A program made the position numbers and the translations under genes. 64,000 nt of DNA from assembly GCA_012295275.1 (NCBI GenBank), contig CM022668.1:10292001-10356000 (forward strand), written 5' to 3'. Below are positions 54,166 through 64,000 of this stretch, piece by piece. Within the stretch, counting starts at the first letter, position 1. Each line of letters starts with the position of its first letter. Source of the DNA: Chrysomallon squamiferum (Eukaryota > Animalia > Mollusca). Under the pieces are notes generated by a model, which had not been told where the DNA came from, did no database searches, and saw only the letters and a program-made list of their open reading frames with translations.

Positions 54166-55051
54166 GTTTTCTGTCCTGAAACAACAAAATCTGTTAACTT
54201 TTACAAAACCTCCTTTCTTTATACAGAGTTGTGTGAAGTAACAAGAAGTCATAAATCACAAGTTCTTCAAGGGTTGTAATAAATATACTTAATAGGGGTG
54301 TGTTCTGTAAATGTATTCGATAGTTTCTTTCAAATGCGTCAAGTTGTAATTTCATTTCACATGCCTTCCTGATTTGTCCCTGCAAGTACTTGAAAGTCTT
54401 CCTACGTCTCTTATTAATCATACACGTTAATGATTTATAATGCTTTGTTAAACAACCCTAAAACTGACTGTGATCAGAAATTAGTTTTATGAGCGGTTGT
54501 CGAGTGACATTGTCGTATATCTTACACAGTGATAAAGAAAAGGGACACTATATTCAAGAGATATTTTAATATCGAAATTTAAAAAAAAACAAAAAAAAAA
54601 AAAAAAAAAAAAAAAAACAAATAAATAAATAAATAAATAAATAAATAACAGTAAAAAAAGTGAAACAAAGTAAAAAAAAAATAAACAAAATGAAATAAAT
54701 AATACTTTCTTTTTTTTAAACTTTATTTTAACCTTTCAGTACGAATGAGGTACATATTTTGTTTTCCATAGATTATATGAAAGTATATCACATACATATA
54801 TAATCCAAACAGAATGCAAATAAACATGCATAAATAATATAATAATAACGTGACATCCTAAATGCACAAATAACATGAAAATAATAGAATACTTAAGTAC
54901 CAAATGGTGTACATTTTTACTTATATAAATATAAGAAAATGAATACTTAATCTGATTACACAATGTGAACTAGATACACAGTTTTCATTGCCGATTTGTT
55001 TTCACAGTCAAACAATTTAAAATGTATATAAACTCGTATTAATACTGAAAA

Positions 55052-58000
55052 TCATATTCCTGTTATCTTTTCATACGTATTTCGTGAAAATTCATTCAGC
55101 TTGAGTTTTTCGTACTCGTTCATTTCAATATTTTGACTACTATTAACATAGTCATTTCTAGTCGTGTTTTTCTCCAACTGATCACTTGATACCTGTGAAT
55201 TAACATAACCAGAAACTGTGAATACATCAGAGGAAGGAAAATTGGTGTAACCACCAGGTTCAGACTGAGTTTCCTCGTTTCTTTGTTCAATGTTCTCATA
55301 ATGTTCATCTTCGTGTTCTGAGTTTTGATGAGTTCTCACTCGGTTTACTTTAGACTCTCTCGTCGCATTTTCTGTCTTCCGTTTAAGTCTTCTTATAAAG
55401 CTGAACAAACAAAAAATTATATATTTATTCGTTGAACTTTTAGTTCTTCTTGCATTTTATATCCATTATTTAAGTGTATATATATTATATTTAATTATTA
55501 TTATATGTTTATATGTGTGTGTTTCTGTATATATGCAAGTATATATGCGTACATGTCTAAGTGTGTATGTCAGTGTGTATGTGTGCATGTTGTGAGAGTT
55601 CGATGAATTTTTATTTCTTCTTGTTTTTGTCGCTAATTTATGATACCAGGTATTTAAGTGTGTTTATATGTCATCCTTGTATACCTTTTTAACACATGAA
55701 TATATGTCTGAGTGTATGTGTGTGTATGTTAGAACGCTGAGTGTGGGCATGAATACATGTGTTTATTTAATGCGTGCGTATGTGTGAATGTGTGTGTGAG
55801 AGATAATAATTAGTACCAAACAGTGACGGTGACGAAGATGACAACCACTAAAACCAGTACAGTAGAAATGACGATGATAATCACATCTTTATTGACGTCT
55901 GATGAAGTGACAGCTATGTGAAACAGAAAGAAGAAAGAACAAAAATGAATATTTTGTTTTGTTTGTTATTTTAAATAAGATACAGAGAAAAATCGATATA
56001 AAAGTATGTCTATGTCTGAGTGTCTGTGTTTGAGTAAGTCTACATGTATGTACATCTGTAGGTTCAGACGAACATAGTCTCTATTAAGCATAGTCTCTAT
56101 CATTTCAATTGTAAAGTAAGAAACAAAATGTGATATTTCAAACCTTCAAAAGCTAAATTTCAAAGTAATTTAAACTGTTAATATCGTCGTCAGAGGTAAA
56201 TGATTTATTGTACATTAATATTGATGTTTCGAAGAATTTTTACGTCTAGTTTCAGCTTTTACGTTAAACATTGCAGAAAGTATTAGCATCAAATATCGTA
56301 TTGCAGCCTACATGTATTAATACTTAAATATTAGGTTCGTGTTAACACTGTCATCCGGAAACGTACTCACTGTATGATGATAATTACTGATAGTTTTATT
56401 ACACTTACTGAGAGTACAGTCTGGTTGTACCCAAGGTGAAAGGCAGCCATCTTTACATGTTCCTTTCTCTGTGTCACAGTCCTGTCTACCTTTACAATGT
56501 CTGTCAGCACAAGACATGTTACAGTTGTATCCATACGTGCCTTTACAACCTGAAACAACAAAATGAAAGAAAGAAAGAAACACTTATTACTAAGCATTCA
56601 CATTTTATTATGTTTCGTATATATGATGAATGTAGCAGAAAATGTTCATTCTAATTTTTCTTCTGAAGACCAGTTCTATTAACTTTGTATTTTGTTGTTT
56701 TGATTGGTTAATGAAGCGACATCATTCCTCATATCCTGGATTGAAAAATGAACGAATCTTACCAATTCCGTTTGTGTAAAGTTTGGAAAGCTAATATGCA
56801 ATTTGAAATCTGTGAAGAATCACAGATACTAAATATTATATAATCCATTGGTTTCTCTTACAGCTAAACAAAAAAGCGATGTATGTTTAAATAAGAAAAA
56901 TAGACAAACTTGTGATCTTAGTTTGAACAGGATATTCACACTGTAATAAAATTTAAAATTTGAAACTCTGCATTTGTCATTCACCGGAAAATACGAACTG
57001 GTTGTACAGTCTGTAGATTCGTATCCTCTTTGACAACCATCAACACAAGTTCCATTCACAGCATCACAAATTGAATTTCCAAAACATTTACGATCTGTAC
57101 ACAACTTTGCACAGTTTTGTCCGTGTCTATCTCTGGAACATTCTGAAATGTGTAAAAATGTATAAACCTATACTTTATGCAGCATAATGCTGTTTGACAA
57201 AACATTGTTGACAACATATAAAAAGAAATATATAAAATACTGCAGAGCAGAATGGCAATGTCTTTATTCTCATAAGCTGTAGGATTATAGTAGATAGAAG
57301 AAAGTATTACAGATATATAATAACAAAATTAAAATTAAAATCCACATGCATTTAACGAGGAAGTTTAACGTGGAAGACATATTCTCTCACATATAGTTCT
57401 TATTAACAAACACAGCTTTTTTAATGTATAAATATATTTTTACTGTTAAATTATGACATGAAATCATTATTTACAGATTTTCATATGGAGTCTTTCTATA
57501 AACCGTACATTTGTAAAACCCCAGATTTCGCAAATATACAATAAAACTGGGTGTATTAGTTTGTCAAATAAATCAACTATACAGTCTACCTATTACGTTA
57601 TACATATCTTTCGTTGCTTTCTTATATAACTGTTATACGTTGCAAGTGAATAGACCGTTTCTTGTAAAGAGTATGCCCAAATGTTTATGTTTATCTACTA
57701 TGTCAATAATATCTCCATCAAATTTAAATATATAATCACGAGGTTTTCTCCCTTTACTGAAAATCATTATTTTAGTTTTATTTGTATTAACTTTAAGTCT
57801 CCATACTCGACAGCAATTGGCAAAAATGTTAAGATTGTTTCGTAGAGCATCCGATAATTCTGCTAACAGTTTTGTATTGTCAGCATGCAGCAGAATAAAA
57901 AGCTTTAAATAAACATTAAATTCTTCACTAAACATTGTTCTAATTGATTTCAGTTTCTGCTTATATAATATTACTTACTGATTATATAATTATCACTTAC

Positions 58001-58532
58001 TGATTGTACAATATCACTTACTGACTTTTTAAGATAAGTTACTGGTTGTATAATAACACTTACTGATTGCACAGTCTGGTGGTTTCCAGCCTGGTAAACA
58101 ACCGTCTTTACAGATTCCATGAAATGTGTCACATTCCTGTCTACCTTTACATTGTCTCTGAGCACAAGACATGTTACAGTTATAACCGTATTTGTTATTA
58201 CAAACTGAAAAATAAATGTGGAAAATGAATGGTATACTACTAGTGCTGTTACTGCTGTTGTTATTCTTACCACCACTGCCATCACAAACACACCCACCAC
58301 TACTAGTACTGATGTTGCAGCTTCTTCCTCTACCATCATGAAAGATAATTACACCAATAATAATGTGATACCATTGCGTCCACAGCTAAAGGTATAACAA
58401 GAAAACTATTATAAACAACAGTATATCCATATATCGCTCTTCTGTCCATCTATTTATCTCTCTGTTTATGTATATGTCTATCTGTCTATCTACCTATCAA
58501 TCAATCTATCTATCTATATTTATATCTATCTA

Positions 58533-58594
<62 letters not shown>

Positions 58595-61246
58595 AAAGAC
58601 ACAAATCATAGACTGAATTATATAACATGGACATATTTATTAAACGAAATAACATATCAGTTGCTACTATTAGTAAACTGTTTTAAATGAGTTTCGAAAA
58701 AATGGTGTGCTTTACTTTGTTTCGCTGCTTTTTACAACTTGAAAAATAAATATATAACTATCGTTGAAAAATAATCGTTGCAAATAACTTTCTCAGATGT
58801 CTTCAGTACAGTCAGAATGATAGCTTTAATGATCTTAGATAAAATTATACATTTCAATTTAACCAAGTTTAAAGTTATAGCACGATGTTTCCCATACACT
58901 AGAAAATACGTACTGGTCGTACAGTTTGTAGACTCGTATCCTCTTTGACAACCATCAACACAAGTTCCATTCACAGGATCACAAGTTGAATCTCCAAAAC
59001 ATTTACGTTCTTTACACAGCTTTAAACAGTTCTGTCCGTATTGATCACTGGAACATTCTGAAATACAAAAATGAATATTCCTATACTTTAATGTAACACA
59101 TTCCTGTGTCATAAAACATTATTGACAATTTTAGAAAAGAAATATATACATTACAGCAGTAAACTAGACGCTCACTTATCGTATTACGTATGACTTTACT
59201 GAGAGTAAAATTTAAGTTAATGATATATAATATTATTTAAAGGTTTCCAAGCTGAAAAGTAGCCATACATATATACAGTTTTTAACGTTGAATATCGTAT
59301 TTAGTGTTATGTGTTACCATGTTTGCAGTCTGTGGACTCGTAGCCTGGTGTACACCCATTGTCACACTTCTCTACACTGTTACATGTCGATTTTCCATTA
59401 CAGTGTCTCTCTGAACAGTCTTGTGTACAACGTGAACCGTAGAAATGAGAGTCACATGCTGAAAACATCATTACAGAGAATAAATTAAAGATACCATATT
59501 AATATACGCATAACGATAATAGATTAGTACATACACAGATGATAGATAAATACACACGGATACACGCACTCATTCTGTCACACGTACAAATAAAGACACA
59601 TACATATTTTCATATTTACTTAAAAGCAATAAAATATTTATATCTTCTTTCAGTTTTAGTCAAAGTTGAAAGCTTTTGCTTTCTAATATCAAAATCAAAG
59701 TCATCCCGTCAAGTAAGCTTCTGTTAAACTTGATGTATATTGAACAGCTGGTATACACTCTGTTAGTGAAATTGAGTTTAACTTATATATCATCTTGATA
59801 CAGCTCTTATCTCAGTAGTCAGTTAAACAATTATTTTAATAAATTAATATTTATATTATTAGCAGAATATTCCGACGTATGCGATGATGATGCTAACAAT
59901 GTTAATGGTAAAGTTCATGGTTCTTTTTTATGAAGATCATGATAAAGGCAATGTCAATGAAGACAGTGTCTGTGATAATTAGAATTTCTATATTTTCTTT
60001 TTAAATATCTGAAATATACAACATACACACAAAAATCCACTATAAAATTATTGGATTTTCCAGTTTACAAATTTGAACAGCAGACAACAGTGAATAATAG
60101 AAACAAACCTAATTATAAAAACACATTTAATTTACCAGACACTTGTACTTCACAGAAATCCATTGCTGTGTCACCTCTGTTATTTGTTGACTGGTAAAGT
60201 GTGACGTATCTCGCTGTTTTATCACATGTTATGTGTTTTATAACAGAAGTATTAGACTTCACTGTATAACACAAACAAACATCAGACCAGTTTTCACTTT
60301 GACATGTGTAAATCTTCACACCCTTCATTCGAACTCCTGTAAAGTAACAAAAAATAGACAGTTGAGATCAAAACTATCTTTATATATACTAAACTAGCAA
60401 CAACATTTTTGTAATGTAATATTTCAGGAAAGATCAACCTATGAATGATATGCAACATATATATATATCCCTTTAATGTCTGTAGAAAAATTAACAAGTA
60501 CTTGTTATGTTGTGAAAATAGTCTTTCTTTAAGCATTAATGAAAGACAGAATATGCTGACATTAAAATAGTTTATAATTTCAAATTCACAGATTATATAT
60601 CCAGATAAAAAATTACAAATATATATATACATCAAGATTGGATTAAGGGCCAGAAACTAATCTAAAAAAGTATTTGTGCGTGTAGATTTATATTTGTGTG
60701 TGTGTGTGTGTGTGTGTGTTTGTGTGTGTGTGTCTGTGTGTGAATGTGTGTGTGTGTACAACTATGAATTCCTATAAGTTATGTTCACAATATTCCTTTC
60801 TTTGAATGGATGTTTAACGACGCCCATAAACAAAAATCAGATCGGTTATTGGCTGTCAGGTTTTCAAAATTTTACGTTTCATGGAACCAATGCAAGATGA
60901 ATTGACAAGGATGCTTTAGAGTATAACTGTGCGTTAATTTGATTGTGTTTCTGAATATATGTAATGTCTCTGTGTATACTTTATATGTGTGTAAGTAACC
61001 TTACTGTCATCACGGAAGTAAACAGTTATATTTAGTATGTAGTATTCTGTTCCAAGATCCACCTGCCACCAAGTGTAGGATTGCACAGTATTTGTTAGTA
61101 TGCAGTTATTTGCGTAAATCCCTTGTGACAGGTCACCATCTACAGCCAGAGAAGAGTTGTGATATTCTTTACTATAATACGAACTCTGTTTGGTTTTTTT
61201 TTTCAAGAGCAACATTTTCTGAAATTTAAGTTAAATAAAGAGTAAA

Positions 61247-61296
<50 letters not shown>

Positions 61297-63702
61297 GTAA
61301 TAATAATGATAAAGCGACAACAAAGAAGCGATACAAATTAAATAATTATACTCATTTAAAATCACACTCGCACGCACACACACATTCATACCTATCCATA
61401 CTTTTACGATACGCACGTATATACATACATACATAATGTACGTATGCACATATATACATACAAATAGTATACATTTACCAATTGTACATTTCGGTCCTGA
61501 CCATCGAATTTTGCAGGAATTAGGGTCGCCATTACATCCTGTGACGTCATCACAACTATTAACATCACAGTGACACGTGTAGTCACAGTTCAGTCCATAG
61601 GTTCCTGGTTTACAGTTACCTAGCAATGAAGTGTAGCAACAACTAAAATTAACAAAAACAACAACAAAAACAATAGCAGCAGAAACACCAATAAAATATT
61701 TCAATGGTCCTTAAAGGAACTTGCACGTCGTTGCTATTACTGAAAATTACAGCTTTTACGAAAATTACTACCTGTATTACTTCTTCTACTTTTCTACTAT
61801 TATTGCTACAAACTCGACTCTAGCTACTACTACTACAACAACGACTCAATACTTTTGTTTATGTAATGGCATTATCTCTCTCTCTCTCAGCGTGTATAAA
61901 ATTAACATGTGCAATACTACTATACTACTTCAACCACTATTACAGCTACAACTACTGCGCACATCCATTTCAACTTCTACTGGTTCTACAACTACCACGG
62001 TGATTACTACTGTGATTATATTAATTACTGTCACCTGAAGATTATGAGATACATTAACGAAAGCTACTATATTAATTAAAAGCAATATTAGCCAGCACAA
62101 AACACTTTAAAATTGCTTTATCATTCTGCAATCTTTACACACACTGATAAAATACGATACAGTGATAGCTTCAGAAACTAATTCCCATCTGCTTTGTCAT
62201 ACAAAACACTTCTGAGTCAGTAAACTTAATTCAACTAATGAACTTAGTACTTTTATTAAATTGTATTTACTCAGTGGTTTGTATGTATGTATATAATTAA
62301 ATATCTATGTCTGCGTGTGACAAATTACCTAATATGTATTCAGCCTTGAAATATATATGTAATCTCTCTGTCAATCGCTCTATCTATTCAATATTTATCT
62401 ATCTATTTACCTATCTATAAACATATATGTATGCATTTATCTATGTATAAATGTATAATTTTAGTATGTACATATATATGTAAGTATGTGTCTATGTTTC
62501 TATGCATGTATATGTAGATAGATAGATAGATTATACGTATATATATATATATATATATATAGATTTTACTCGTTATGTTTTACCACGTTTTGAAAGTTAT
62601 CTAGTTTTATTTTATTTCTTGCCTATAAGATAACTACCATCGCCATATCTGACCGCTTCCTGTATGCACGACGTCTGTAAACTCGACATCTTCCATCAGC
62701 TCGACGAAGCAGAAATCGAGCCTCGTCACTAAACCAGACAGTTATCCATCGTAACTGAGGCCAGACTCTGTGCACTTGACACCACTGAAGTCGTAGTGGA
62801 CGATGTTGTTGAGTCAAAACAATCTTCTTACAGGCCGTCTGGCTCGAATACCTGCCTCACGTAAACGATTGCACACTGAGCCGATATTCTGAAGCAGTAG
62901 AGGTTGCAATCGTGGTTCTTTCCCGTAGATGAAGTACCCGAATGTAGCGGTCCTGGGCCCTGGTGGTTACACGTGGTCTAACTGATCTGGGACGGTCACG
63001 TGTTATTTGGTGTTGCTGTAACCGATACCACAATCTCAAGATGGTGTTTGTGGATACATGGAACACCCGGGCTACGGCCGAGAAGGATTCGTCAGCTTGT
63101 AATCGGCCGATGGCGTTGTTTCGTTGCGGTTGACTCTGTCGTGGCATTTGTTTGATGTTTGTCAGAACAAAAATAACGAACAGAAGTATTCGACAACCTT
63201 GCATTTTTATAACCCTCGTATTCAAGTTTCATGAACCGCACGTGCACATGCACTGGTAACGTGGTTTGCATGCGGGGACGTTGTGGCTAATAAACTCGAT
63301 CATAGCCTTTATTTTGTGTTACCTGCTTTTTGGCGACTGTAACAAAAACTATACGTTTGAATCACCAAATGTCATTATATTCATAGTTTGTACATCAATA
63401 TGAGTCAGTCTACAATAGTTATCTAAGAAATCAACCATTTTGCTTTTCTTTTTTGGGAGAGTATATATATGTATATATATCCAACATCTAGAAATATTAC
63501 ACAAAACTCACTTGAAGTAAGTCAAATAAAATTAAACAGACTATCCAAAGAAGAAGAACAACAACAACCACAAAAATTATAATACATTTTTTTTTAAATA
63601 AAAAAAAACATAAATAAAACAACTCACCTTTTCCTGATACATGTTCAATCTTGAAATAAACGCACAAGGCAGAAAGAAAAAAAAAATCCAGCACTTCAAC
63701 AT
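55052..63702 (-). CDS. R7: class-II F-type lectin receptor with five post-lectin EGF repeats and ITAM-like tail; two homopolymer frameshifts (error or pseudogene)
   Basis: Exons: 63702-63628 (SP, -1 in a T10 run); 61619-61479 (EGF); 61218-61005 (+1 in an A10 run) and 60336-60136 (lectin); EGF 59458-59318, 59057-58914, 58204-58064, 57142-56999, 56549-56409; TM 55913-55817; tail 55400-55052. Confidence 0.82.
57480..57960 (-). mobile_element. Non-LTR retrotransposon (LINE) reverse transcriptase fragment in an R7 intron
   Basis: ORF 57633-57935: [10 protein letters not shown] (degenerate YADD), [15 protein letters not shown] and KHLGILF, typical of the RT C-terminal region of CR1/L2/RTE-type LINEs. 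Confidence 0.8.
62623..63463 (-). mobile_element. 3'-truncated Tc1-like DNA transposon in R7 intron 1
   Basis: ORFs 62857-63225 ([39 protein letters not shown]; paired-like HTH and GRPR-like motif) and 62623-62817 ([19 protein letters not shown]). A TA-flanked terminus lies near 63462. Frameshifted, and the rest of the DDE domain is missing. Confidence 0.88.
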
Positions 63703-63735
63703 TTTGTCTGTTCTGAAACAACGAAATCTGTGCAC

Positions 63736-63766
<31 letters not shown>

Positions 63767-64000
63767 GTTCTTTATCTCTCACTACAGAGTTATGTGAACT
63801 AACAACAAATCATAAAACACACGTCCTTCAACGGGTAGTTATAAATACACTTACTAGAGGTGTGTTCTGAACATGTATTCGAGTGTTTCTTTTAAATGTG
63901 TCAAGCTGTAATCATAAGTGTAAAATAAATGTTATCAAACAAGTTAACCAGGAAGATGTTTTTATCTTTATGCAGGAGCGTATCCTGGATTCTGAAGTGG

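Overview
AT-rich, microsatellite-dense animal (intron-containing) genomic DNA. A mollusc or other lophotrochozoan is suggested by gene content, but the sequence alone does not prove this. The window is a head-to-tail tandem array of seven paralogous single-pass receptor genes, all on the minus strand; I call them R1-R7 from left to right. I reconstructed exons by hand from GT/AG sites and reading frame. The shared ectodomain is signal peptide, one 8-Cys EGF-like repeat, one F-type lectin (fucolectin/FTP, galactose-binding-fold) domain split over two exons, then 4-9 further EGF-like repeats. Two different intracellular modules are used. R2, R4, R6 and R7 (and pseudogene R3) end in a ~110-aa tyrosine-rich tail with several YxN motifs and a terminal ITAM-like YEKL-x9-YEKI. 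R1 continues into a classical protein tyrosine phosphatase domain, and its near-identical copy R5 is cut by the gap just before that domain. Lectin differences between paralogs cluster in the predicted ligand-binding loops, and there are signs of exon gain/loss and sequence exchange. The cassette [class-II lectin/ITAM-like][class-I lectin/ITAM-like][class-I lectin/PTP] occurs twice, either side of a 200-N gap, so it is either two divergent haplotypes or a tandem duplication. I interpret this as a candidate paired activating/inhibitory glycan-recognition receptor locus; that function is inferred, not shown. Introns carry Tc1/mariner, LINE and hAT-MITE remnants and arrays of 21-bp repeats built from splice-donor sequence.
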